Assembly (NCBI GenBank): GCA_030141605.1
Contig: JAQGDQ010002509.1
Coordinates: 1 to 15,526 of the forward strand
Source: Tubiluchus corallicola
Lineage: Eukaryota > Animalia > Priapulida
Direction: 5' to 3'
Length of the DNA: 15,526 nucleotides
This document shows positions 1-8,749 of the stretch, piece after piece. A program made the position numbers and the translations under genes. The notes beneath the pieces are model-generated. The model was not told where the DNA came from and ran no database searches. It saw nothing but the letters and a program-made list of their open reading frames with translations. Numbering within the stretch: position 1 is the stretch's first letter; each line of letters starts with the position of its first letter.

Positions 1-981
1 AAAACAACTTTACTTAGGATGATTTCTGGATTTGAGTCACCAGACAAAGGTGATATATTTTTAGAAAAAAAGAGTATTAAAAATGTTTTGCCTAATAAAA
101 GACCTGTAAACACAATATTTCAAAACTATGCCCTTTTCCCAAACTTAAACATATATGAAAATATTGCTTTCTCTCTTAGGATAAAAAAAGAAAATGAAAA
201 AACAATAGAGAAAAAAGTAAAAGAAAAATTAGAATTAGTTCGTTTATTAAAATATAGGGATAAATATCCAAAGCAGCTATCTGGTGGACAAAGTCAAAGA
301 GTTGCAATAGCTAGAGCCCTTGTAAACGAACCTAAAATCCTATTGCTAGATGAACCTTTATCAGCACTTGATGCAAAGCTAAGGCAAAAGATGTTAATTG
401 ATTTAGATACAATCCATGATGAAACAGGAATTACTTTTATATTTATAACTCACGACCAAGGTGAGGCGCTATCTGTCTCAGATAGAATAGCCATAATGAA
501 TGAAGGGGAAATACTTCAAATTGGCACTCCTTTTGAAATTTATGAAAGTCCAAGAAATACTTTTGTTGCAGACTTTATTGGTGAGTCAAACTTTATATCT
601 GGGACAGTTAGTGACATATATAATAATGAAATAGGAGTGCTAAATTCAGAAAAATTTGGTGAGATCAAATTCTATTTAGACAAAAAAATAGAAATCGGGA
701 ATAAAGTAAAGTTAACAGTAAGACCTGAAAAAGTAAAAATTACTAGAGGTGATGTCGAAATTAAAAATAAAAACGCTAATATATTTAATGGTTACGTTGA
801 TGAGGTAATTTATACTGGATTTCAAAGCAAATATTTCGTAAAATTAAAAAATAATAAAATAATAAAATCTTTTAAACAACATGAAATTTACTATATGGAT
901 GAAAAAAATATTAAATGGAAAGAAATAGTAAATATATGGTGGGACGCTAATGACAGCTATATTGTTGAGGTGGTATCTTAA
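1..981 (+). CDS. potA: Spermidine/putrescine ABC transporter ATP-binding subunit, 5'-truncated by the window edge
   Basis: Frame 1 is open from base 1 (KTTLLRMISG, the tail of Walker A), so the ATG at 19 is internal. Contains Q-loop FQNYALFP, signature LSGGQSQR, Walker B LLLDEP, H-loop ITHD and a TOBE-like C-terminus. Lies upstream of two permeases and a binding protein. Confidence 0.93.
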   Translation, partial: KTTLLRMISGFESPDKGDIFLEKKSIKNVLPNKRPVNTIFQNYALFPNLNIYENIAFSLRIKKENEKTIEKKVKEKLELVRLLKYRDKYPKQLSGGQSQRVAIARALVNEPKILLLDEPLSALDAKLRQKMLIDLDTIHDETGITFIFITHDQGEALSVSDRIAIMNEGEILQIGTPFEIYESPRNTFVADFIGESNFISGTVSDIYNNEIGVLNSEKFGEIKFYLDKKIEIGNKVKLTVRPEKVKITRGDVEIKNKNANIFNGYVDEVIYTGFQSKYFVKLKNNKIIKSFKQHEIYYMDEKNIKWKEIVNIWWDANDSYIVEVVS

Positions 982-1818
982 GTGAAAAAAATAAACCCTG
1001 GAACACTGTATACACTTCCTATGGCTTTATGGATGGGATTTTTTTTTCTTATACCTACACTAATTATTTTAGTATATAGTTTCTTAGAAAGTGGAGTAAG
1101 AGGAGGAGTTGTTTGGAGGTTTTCTTTAGATGCTTATAAGGTCGTAAAGAATATTAAATTTTTAGAAATCTTAGGAACTACCCTATACATTTCAATAGTT
1201 GTAACTACTTCTATAATTGTAATAGCACTTCCTACATCTTACTTTATTGCCAAAAGTAAACATAAAAATATATACTTATTTTTAATAATTATCCCATTTT
1301 GGACTAATTTTTTAATTAGAATATATGCATGGGTAGCAATATTAGGTAACAACGGATTTATAAATAACTTATTATTAAAATATAGTATAATAAACGAAAA
1401 TTTGAAATTATTGTACAACACAAATGCTGTTATATTAATAACTGTATATACATTTTTACCTTACGCAATATTTCCACTTTATGCTTCTATTGAGAAATTC
1501 GATTTTTCCTTAATTGAAGCAGCTATGGATCTAGGTGCTAATAAATATACAGCATTTCACAAGGTATTTCTACCAGGTATAAAGATAGGTATAATTACTT
1601 CTATTATTTTTACATTTATTCCAACTCTTGGATCTTATGCTATACCTCAAATTGTTGGAGGTAAAAATTCAATGATGTTAGGAAACTTAATAGTTAGAGA
1701 ATTAAATACTACAAGAAACTGGCCATTAGCATCTTCTATATCAGTTATGTTAATGACAGTATCTATAATAGGTATTTTATTTTTTATAAATATAAACGCT
1801 AAAAAAGGAAAAAAATAA
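982..1818 (+). CDS. potB: Polyamine ABC transporter permease (PotB-type)
   Basis: GTG start after a GAGGTGG SD; multiple TM segments; PFWTNFLIRIYAW motif; EAA loop EAAMDLGA. Confidence 0.9.
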   Translation: MKKINPGTLYTLPMALWMGFFFLIPTLIILVYSFLESGVRGGVVWRFSLDAYKVVKNIKFLEILGTTLYISIVVTTSIIVIALPTSYFIAKSKHKNIYLFLIIIPFWTNFLIRIYAWVAILGNNGFINNLLLKYSIINENLKLLYNTNAVILITVYTFLPYAIFPLYASIEKFDFSLIEAAMDLGANKYTAFHKVFLPGIKIGIITSIIFTFIPTLGSYAIPQIVGGKNSMMLGNLIVRELNTTRNWPLASSISVMLMTVSIIGILFFININAKKGKK

Positions 1819-2600
1819 TGAATTTAGCAAAAAAAAATATTTCATTTTTCATGTTTGCATTTACACTAATATTTTTTTATATCCCTCTCATAATATTAAT
1901 TGTATTTTCTTTTAATGAGGGTAAAACTATTAATTGGCACGGTTTTTCCCTGAAATGGTATAAAGAGTTGTTTTTTTATTCAGAGGATATTTGGAGAGCT
2001 TTTTTCATAAGTGTTATCGTTGCCATTATTTCTTCAACCATTTCTACAGTTATAGGAACTTTAGGTGGAATAGGACTTCACTTTTATAGTGTTAGATATA
2101 AAAGATATTTACAGGTAATAACATATATTCCACTAATTATCCCAGATATCATAATGGGTATATCGCTGCTTATATTTTTTGCAGGTTTAAAGTGGCAACT
2201 CAGTATAGTAACAATATTTATTGCTCATACCACTTTCAATATTCCATTTATATTACTGATTATAATGTCAAGACTTGAGGAGTTTAATTATTCCACAATA
2301 GAAGCTGCTAAAGATTTAGGAGCGAGCGAAATACAAACATTAAAAAATGTAATACTTCCTTCATTAATTCCTGGAGTTACTGCTGGTTTTTTAATGGCTA
2401 TGACTTTATCTTTAGATGACTTTGTCGTAACATTTTTCGTTGCAGGAGCTGGCTCTTCTACATTACCACTGAAAATATATTCAACAATGGTAAAATTTGG
2501 AATATCACCAGTAATTAATGCACTATCTGTATTACTTATCTGTATTACATTTATGCTTACGATTTCTTCAAGCAAAATACAAAAGTATATAATAGGATAA
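1818..2600 (+). CDS. potC: Polyamine ABC transporter permease (PotC-type)
   Basis: TAATG overlap with potB; FSLKWY, EAAKDLGA and SLDDF motifs; hydrophobic. Confidence 0.9.
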   Translation: MNLAKKNISFFMFAFTLIFFYIPLIILIVFSFNEGKTINWHGFSLKWYKELFFYSEDIWRAFFISVIVAIISSTISTVIGTLGGIGLHFYSVRYKRYLQVITYIPLIIPDIIMGISLLIFFAGLKWQLSIVTIFIAHTTFNIPFILLIIMSRLEEFNYSTIEAAKDLGASEIQTLKNVILPSLIPGVTAGFLMAMTLSLDDFVVTFFVAGAGSSTLPLKIYSTMVKFGISPVINALSVLLICITFMLTISSSKIQKYIIG

Positions 2601-2640
2601 CTTTCATAGAAATAAAAATTAATTAAAAATAGGAGAAAAA

Positions 2641-3663
2641 ATGAAAAAAATATTATTTTTAGTATTAAGTCTTATTGTGTTTGGATCTGGTTGTGGAAAA
2701 AGTTCAAAGAACACACTTTTTATATACAACTGGGATAGCTATATACCTGATGAGGTTATAAAAAGTTTTGAAGATAGATACAACGTTAAGTTAGTATACG
2801 ATGTTTATTCAACAAATGAAGAACTCTATACAAAGTTAAAAGCAGGTGGGTCAGGGTATGACATCATATTCCCATCTGGAGACTACACATCTATCATGAT
2901 AGAAGAAGGTATGGTTAGCAAACTTGATAAATCAAAAATACCAAACCTAAAGTATATAGATAAAGAAATTTTAAAAAAAATAACATATGATAAAAATAAC
3001 GAATATAGTGTCCCTTATATTATGGGAGCTGCAGGCTTAATAGTAAATACAGACAAAATAAAATCTTCTGAAAAAAATTTTTCAATTTATTTAAATAATA
3101 ATTATAAAAATAAGATGATACTATTAAATGATATGAGAGAAGTAATGGGAAGCGCCTTAAAATCTTTAGGTTACTCTGTAAATACCTTAAATGAAAAAGA
3201 ACTTGAAGAAGCTAAAGAAATTGTGAACAAATGGAAACAAAATATTGTAAAATTTGATTCTGATTCATTTGGAAAAGGTTTTATAGAAGGGGAATTTTGG
3301 GTTGTACATGGCTACCCTGAAAATGTATATGCACTACTTGAAGAAGGTGAAAAAAGCAACCTTCAGTTCTTTATTCCAGAAGAAGGTGGACCAATGTATA
3401 TTGACAATATGATGATTTTGAAAAGTTCAAAAAATAAAAATTTAGCTCATACTTTTATAAATTATATACACGAACCAGAAATTTATGCTGAAATAGCAGA
3501 TTATCTAGGTCTTCCTTCTATAAATATAGAATCTAGGAAATTAGCTAAAAGAAAAAGCATTTATTCAATTGAAGATTTAAATAACTGTGAGCTTATAGAT
3601 GACCTTGGTGAAAATATCGTAAAATATAATGAAATTTGGCAAGAAGTTATACTATCAAAGTAA
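2641..3663 (+). CDS. potD: Polyamine ABC transporter substrate-binding lipoprotein
   Basis: AGGAG SD; lipoprotein signal ending FGSGC; YNWDSYI, NEELYTKL, GYDIIFPS and YSVPY motifs typical of PotD/PotF. Confidence 0.9.
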   Translation: MKKILFLVLSLIVFGSGCGKSSKNTLFIYNWDSYIPDEVIKSFEDRYNVKLVYDVYSTNEELYTKLKAGGSGYDIIFPSGDYTSIMIEEGMVSKLDKSKIPNLKYIDKEILKKITYDKNNEYSVPYIMGAAGLIVNTDKIKSSEKNFSIYLNNNYKNKMILLNDMREVMGSALKSLGYSVNTLNEKELEEAKEIVNKWKQNIVKFDSDSFGKGFIEGEFWVVHGYPENVYALLEEGEKSNLQFFIPEEGGPMYIDNMMILKSSKNKNLAHTFINYIHEPEIYAEIADYLGLPSINIESRKLAKRKSIYSIEDLNNCELIDDLGENIVKYNEIWQEVILSK

Positions 3664-3755
3664 TAAAAGAATCAAATAAATTTGCTGCAATAACTATATA
3701 AATTTAATCGTGCTTAAAGTACACTTCAATTTACTAAAAATATACTTTTATTTAT

Positions 3756-3777
3756 AAGGCCATTTTGGTCTTTTTTT
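3756..3777 (+). terminator. Intrinsic terminator of the pot operon
   Basis: AAGGCCA-ttt-TGGTCTT stem (one G-U pair) running into a T7 tract, ~90 nt after the potD stop. Confidence 0.65.
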
Positions 3778-4078
3778 ATATATAAAATTCATACACTTTA
3801 TTTAAAAAAATTGATTTTCATTAACATTAAAACACTAAATTTATATTTCTTATTTAGTTATTTTAACTTTTATTCTTTTCATAAATAAACTTTTTTTGCT
3901 TAATTTATTTTTATTATTATTTCTAACATCTCTTAATTTTATATATTAGTAGTATAGCTTTATATTTGCTTTTTCTATAAGTTTTTATTCTTAGAAACAT
4001 ATTGCCTTTCGTATTAACATACTTTTAGTGCAACTTACATTGAAATACTGTATCAATTAAATATTATTTAATTTTGTT

Positions 4079-4107
4079 TTGAAAAAAAAGAAAAAATAGT
4101 ATATACT
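4079..4107 (+). promoter_or_regulatory. Sigma70-type promoter for ptsI-ptsH-ispH-rpsA
   Basis: TTGAAA (4079-4084), 17-bp spacer, TATACT (4102-4107); AGGGG SD before the ATG at 4135. Confidence 0.65.
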
Positions 4108-4110
4108 ATT
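4095..4110. promoter_or_regulatory. Perfect 16-bp palindrome AATAGTATATACTATT overlapping the -10 box; candidate operator
   Basis: AATAGTAT/ATACTATT are exact reverse complements; core GT-A-TA-T-AC. Confidence 0.5.
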
Positions 4111-4134
4111 ACATATTATATAAAAGGGGTAATT

Positions 4135-5898
4135 ATGCAAAAATATGAAGGTGATATTATTTTTGAGGGTATTGTTATAGGTAAACCATACTTACTCACT
4201 AGGGAAAATCATAAAATCATCAATTATAAAATAAAAGAAGAGGACATCTTCAAAGAAAGAATCAAGCTAAAGGAAGCTATAAAAAATACTAAAAAAGACA
4301 TTCAGCTCTTAATTGATTCACTAAGAGATAAGATAACTAGTGAAGAAATTAAAATATTAAATGTTCAGTTGATGATGCTAGATGATCCTGTTTTTATTTC
4401 TGAAATAAATAATAAAATACATTCAGAATATTTTACAGCTATGAAAAGTATTGATGTAGTTGTAAAAAGGTATAGTGAAATGTTTGCAAATATTCAAGAG
4501 GAAAGTTTTAGACAAAGAGGACTTGATGTAAAGGACGTAGGTTTAAAACTTTTAAAAAATATAAATTCTGAAAAAACTAAGTTTAATAATTTAAATAATA
4601 AAATATTAGTTACAAGAGAACTTTATCCTTCTGAGTTATTAAAAATACACAGTGATAAAATAAATTTGTTAGGAATAATAACAGAGGAGGGAGGAAAAAC
4701 ATCGCATGTTGCTATCTTAGCAAAAACTCTAGAAATACCAATGTTAACAGGGATAAAAAACATAAAGAATATCCCATGGAAAAACACTATTATTCTTGAT
4801 AATAGAAAAGGGAAAGGGGAAATAATATTTACCCAAGAGTTAAAGATTTTAGAAAGTTATTATTATGAGAAAAGGAAATATCATAAAATTCAATACGATT
4901 TAGATAAAAAAAGTAAAGAACCTGCATTTACAGTAGATGGAAAAAAAATAGAAGTCCATTACAACATTAGCGGAGATATTGATTTTAAAGATTTAGAAAA
5001 TAAAAATTCCAACGGAATTGGATTACTTAGGACAGAATTTATATATATGGAAGGGCAAAACTTTCCAAATGAAGAAGAACAAATTGCAATATATGAAGAC
5101 ATATATAATAGGCTTGGAAATGATAAGCCTATGACTATAAGAACATTGGATATTGGAGCTGATAAAAGCTTACCTTATTTTGATTTACCAAAGGAGAGTA
5201 ATCCTTTTTTAGGGCTTAGGGGTATTAGATTCACACTAGCATATGAGGATATATTTAAAGCCCAGCTTAAAGCAATTTTAAGAGTGGCAAATTGTAGAAA
5301 TATAAAAATTATGTTTCCAATGATTACTAACATTATTGAACTTGACAAAACTCTTGCTATCATGGAACTAGCAAAGGAAGAACTCCATAATAAAAACATT
5401 AAGTTTAATCAAAACATTGAAATAGGGATTATGGTTGAAGTTCCTTCCACTATTTTTCTTGCTGATTCCTTTGCTAAAAAAATAGACTTTTTTAGTATTG
5501 GTACCAATGATTTGACTCAATATATATTAGCTGTAGATAGATTAAATGAAGATTTAGCATATTTATATGAAAGCTATAGCCCTGCAATATATAGAGCTTT
5601 AAATTCCTTAACAACCATTAGTAATAAGTATGGTAAGGAAGTTAGCATTTGCGGGGAAATGGCTGGAGAACCTATGGGAATTGTATTTTTCTTGAGTCTA
5701 GGTATCACAAATTTAAGCATGATCCCCTCATTTGTCCCTAAAGCCAAAGCTATAATAAGATCGCTTAATGCAAAAAACATTGAAAATATCAAGAATAAAT
5801 TATTAAGTGCAAACACTTCAAAAGAAGTTAAAAAAATTCTTTCACTGTGCATAAATGAGGAGAATTATGAAAACAATACAAGTATATATAAGCAATAA
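4135..5898 (+). CDS. ptsI: PEP-protein phosphotransferase (PTS Enzyme I)
   Basis: Phospho-His motif GGKTSHVAILA; GLLRTEF, RTLDIGADK, NPFLGLRGIR, MVEVP, SIGTNDLTQY and ICGEMA (catalytic Cys); no N-terminal GAF extension. Confidence 0.93.
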   Translation: MQKYEGDIIFEGIVIGKPYLLTRENHKIINYKIKEEDIFKERIKLKEAIKNTKKDIQLLIDSLRDKITSEEIKILNVQLMMLDDPVFISEINNKIHSEYFTAMKSIDVVVKRYSEMFANIQEESFRQRGLDVKDVGLKLLKNINSEKTKFNNLNNKILVTRELYPSELLKIHSDKINLLGIITEEGGKTSHVAILAKTLEIPMLTGIKNIKNIPWKNTIILDNRKGKGEIIFTQELKILESYYYEKRKYHKIQYDLDKKSKEPAFTVDGKKIEVHYNISGDIDFKDLENKNSNGIGLLRTEFIYMEGQNFPNEEEQIAIYEDIYNRLGNDKPMTIRTLDIGADKSLPYFDLPKESNPFLGLRGIRFTLAYEDIFKAQLKAILRVANCRNIKIMFPMITNIIELDKTLAIMELAKEELHNKNIKFNQNIEIGIMVEVPSTIFLADSFAKKIDFFSIGTNDLTQYILAVDRLNEDLAYLYESYSPAIYRALNSLTTISNKYGKEVSICGEMAGEPMGIVFFLSLGITNLSMIPSFVPKAKAIIRSLNAKNIENIKNKLLSANTSKEVKKILSLCINEENYENNTSIYKQ

Positions 5899-6136
5899 AG
5901 CTGGGCTACATGCAAGACCATCAGCATTATTTGTTGAAATAGCTTCTAGTTTTGACTCTGAAATAACTGTAAGCTATGAAGGTGAAGAGGTAAATGGCAA
6001 AAGCATTATGGGACTTATGCTTTTAGCAGGAGAACAAGGTAGCTGTCTTGAGATAACAGCAGACGGTGAAGACGAAGATGAAGCTCTAGAAGCATTAAAG
6101 GATCTTGTGGAGGTAAAGACTTTTAATGAAAAATAA
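5867..6136 (+). CDS. ptsH: HPr-family phosphocarrier protein
   Basis: GLHARP (His15) and KSIMGLM (Ser46). The true start is probably the ATG at 5867, which follows GAGGAG and puts the His at residue 15, rather than 5855. Confidence 0.92.
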   Translation: MKTIQVYISNKAGLHARPSALFVEIASSFDSEITVSYEGEEVNGKSIMGLMLLAGEQGSCLEITADGEDEDEALEALKDLVEVKTFNEK

Positions 6137-6998
6137 TAATTTAAAAATAATCCGAGCAGATAAACTAGGGTTTTGCTTTGGAGTTAAAGAAGCTGTTGAA
6201 ACTAGTTTAGACTTACTAAAAAAAAAAGAAAGCAAAGTCTTTATACTTGGGATGCTAGTCCATAATAGTTACGTTATAAAAGATTTGGAAGATAGGAATG
6301 CAATTATTATAGAAGAAGATAAGATAGAAAGTTATTTAGATTCATTTAGTGATTCAGACCATGTAATAGTAAGAGCCCACGGAACAACTAAAGATATCTA
6401 TAAAAAATTAGAAAAAAGTAAAGCTATTATACATGATGCAGCTTGTATTTTTGTAAAAAAAAGTAGAAATAAGCTTATTGACCTAGAAAACGACGGGTAT
6501 AAAATTATTTTTATAGGAGAGAAGGATCATCCTGAAGTAAAAGGAATTACTTCTTATGGAAAAAATGTTAAAATATTTTCATCCTTAGATAAAATTAAAG
6601 AAGCTAAGTTTGAGCCAAGTGAATCTTATGCGCTTTTATCACAAACAACTTTTAGTTATGATAATTTTTTTAAAATAAAAGAATACTTAGAAAGTCTACC
6701 AGTTAATATTAAAACTGAAAATACAATTTGCGGAACATCATATGAAAAAGCAGTTAAAAAACTAGCTTCTGAAGTTGATATAACCTTACTTATAGGCAGT
6801 CACAGTAGTTCAAATAGTAAAAAACTTTTTTGGATTTCAAAACAAGTTAATGAAAAAACATATTTCATAGAAAATGTTTTTGATATAAAAAAAATATGGT
6901 TTAAAAATGTAGAAATAATCGGTATTGCTGCTGGAGCATCTACTCCAGAATCATTAATTTCTAAAATTGAATACAATATAAAGGGGATGTCGTTATGA
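6126..6998 (+). CDS. ispH: 4-hydroxy-3-methylbut-2-enyl diphosphate reductase (LytB)
   Basis: Three Fe-S cysteines (GFCFGV, DAACIFV, NTICG); LVHN, RAHG, HPEV, QTT, SSNS and AGASTP motifs. Confidence 0.93.
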   Translation: MKNNNLKIIRADKLGFCFGVKEAVETSLDLLKKKESKVFILGMLVHNSYVIKDLEDRNAIIIEEDKIESYLDSFSDSDHVIVRAHGTTKDIYKKLEKSKAIIHDAACIFVKKSRNKLIDLENDGYKIIFIGEKDHPEVKGITSYGKNVKIFSSLDKIKEAKFEPSESYALLSQTTFSYDNFFKIKEYLESLPVNIKTENTICGTSYEKAVKKLASEVDITLLIGSHSSSNSKKLFWISKQVNEKTYFIENVFDIKKIWFKNVEIIGIAAGASTPESLISKIEYNIKGMSL

Positions 6999-8668
6999 TT
7001 GAAAAACAAGATGAACAATTATTTGAAGAATTATTAGAAGAATATTTGCCAGAACAAGCTCAAGAAGGAGAGATCGTTGAAGGAGAAATCCTTAGAAAAG
7101 ATAGGGAGTATGTCTATCTAGACATTAAAGGAAAGATTCTTGAAGGAATGGTAAAAGCAGAAGAAGTTGAAAAGTATGATTTAGGGGATATTATTGAAGT
7201 AATTATTCTTGGTGAAAGTAAAGATGAGAGTTATTTTAGAGTTTCAAGAAAAATTGTTGAATATAATAAAAATATTATAAAATTAGAAGAAGCGTATAAA
7301 AATGAAGAAATCCTTGAAGGAAACATTGTTAGAGGGGTTTCTAATGGATTTATTGTAAATATTAGTGATATTAATACATTTTTACCAAAATCTTTATCTG
7401 AGATATATAATGATGACGAAGAGTTTGAAGGAAAGAATGTAAAAGTAATTGTTAAAAACATTAAAGGAAATAAGAAAAAGAAAATTCTTGTATCTGTAAA
7501 AGATGTATCATTAAAAGAAGAAATGGAAGAATTAGAAAAAATAAATATTGATGACATGTTAGAAGTAGAAATAAAAGATATTTTAGACTTTGGTTTAATT
7601 GTTACTTTGGATAAGGTAAAAGGATTTATACATATATCAGAACTATCATGGAAAAAAATTTCTAATATAAAAGATCTTTTTAGTATTGGAGAAAAATTAA
7701 AAGCAAAAGTTATATTTATTGATAAAAGCAAAAAAAGCTTAAAACTATCAATAAAGCGTCTAAAAGAAGACCCTTGGATAAGGGTAGATGAAAAGTATCC
7801 AAGTGGCACTGAAGTTGAAGGAAAAGTTTCAAAGATAATGAAATTTGGAGCTTTTGTTGAACTAGAAGAAGGAATAGAAGGACTTGTTTATATATCTGAT
7901 TTGACTTGGAGCAAGAGAAGAATTGATGTAAATGATTATGTTAAAATTGGAGATAAAGTTATTGTAAAAATTATGGAGATAGATAAAGAAAGTAAGAAAA
8001 TAAAACTTGGAATAAAACAACTAAGCTCTAATCCTTGGGACTCTGTAAATGAAAAATACAATATAGGTAGCGTAGTAAAAGGAAAAGTTTCAGATACTAA
8101 AAATTTTGGAATCTTTATAAACTTTGAAGAAGGGATAGATGCCTTCATACATAATTCTGATTTATCTTGGTCTAAAGGAAAATTAAAAGATGAATACAAA
8201 ATTGGAGATGAGGTAGAAGTTAAAATATTAGAAATAAGCCAAGAAAATCAAAAGATGAAAGCAGGGATAAAACAGCTTGTTAATAGTCCTTGGGAGTTAT
8301 TTAAAGAATGCTACAAAGAAGGTGACATTGTTACTAAACCTATCAAAAATATTACTGACTTTGGAATATTCTTAGAATTTGAAGGAGATATTAATGGTTT
8401 AATCCATGTATCTCAAATTTCTAATACATTTATAAAGAAATTAGATGAAAAATATAAAATAGGTGAAAATGTTACAGCTAAAATTCTAAATATTGACGAA
8501 GACAAACAAAGAGTTAGGTTATCTAGTAAAGTATTAGAAGATGAAAGGGCTGAAGAAGAAGAAAGAGAGCTAGTTAAAAAATATAACGTTGTTGGAGAAG
8601 AAGAAGAAAATTTAATAAAAAACATCATGGAAGAAAGCAACATTGAGAGCAATAAAACAGAAAAATAA
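6995..8668 (+). CDS. rpsA: 30S ribosomal protein S1
   Basis: About six S1 repeats (DFGLIV..GFIHISELSW, KFGAFVELEEGIEGLVYISDLTW, NFGIFI..AFIHNSDLSW, DFGIFL..GLIHVSQIS); ATGA overlap with ispH. Confidence 0.93.
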   Translation: MIEKQDEQLFEELLEEYLPEQAQEGEIVEGEILRKDREYVYLDIKGKILEGMVKAEEVEKYDLGDIIEVIILGESKDESYFRVSRKIVEYNKNIIKLEEAYKNEEILEGNIVRGVSNGFIVNISDINTFLPKSLSEIYNDDEEFEGKNVKVIVKNIKGNKKKKILVSVKDVSLKEEMEELEKINIDDMLEVEIKDILDFGLIVTLDKVKGFIHISELSWKKISNIKDLFSIGEKLKAKVIFIDKSKKSLKLSIKRLKEDPWIRVDEKYPSGTEVEGKVSKIMKFGAFVELEEGIEGLVYISDLTWSKRRIDVNDYVKIGDKVIVKIMEIDKESKKIKLGIKQLSSNPWDSVNEKYNIGSVVKGKVSDTKNFGIFINFEEGIDAFIHNSDLSWSKGKLKDEYKIGDEVEVKILEISQENQKMKAGIKQLVNSPWELFKECYKEGDIVTKPIKNITDFGIFLEFEGDINGLIHVSQISNTFIKKLDEKYKIGENVTAKILNIDEDKQRVRLSSKVLEDERAEEEERELVKKYNVVGEEEENLIKNIMEESNIESNKTEK

Positions 8669-8672
8669 ATTT

Positions 8673-8700
8673 AAGAGAGTCCCAATTTTGGACTCTCTTT
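8673..8700 (+). terminator. Intrinsic terminator-like hairpin after rpsA
   Basis: Perfect 10-bp stem AAGAGAGTCC/GGACTCTCTT with a 7-nt loop, starting 5 nt after the stop; the U-tail is short. Confidence 0.75.
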
Positions 8701-8749
8701 CGCTCAAATATTATTAATAACTATAACTTTGTTATAGTGGAGGATTTTA

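Noticed and set aside
4135-5898. Calling Enzyme I the nitrogen-type PtsP
   Set aside because: It is 587 aa with no N-terminal GAF domain.
6218-6227. A10 tract in ispH (and T9 at 1039-1047 in potB) as phase-variation sites
   Set aside because: Both genes are in frame, and such runs are expected in DNA this AT-rich.
7530-8540. Internal repeats in rpsA
   Set aside because: These are ordinary S1 domain repeats, not a DNA repeat array.
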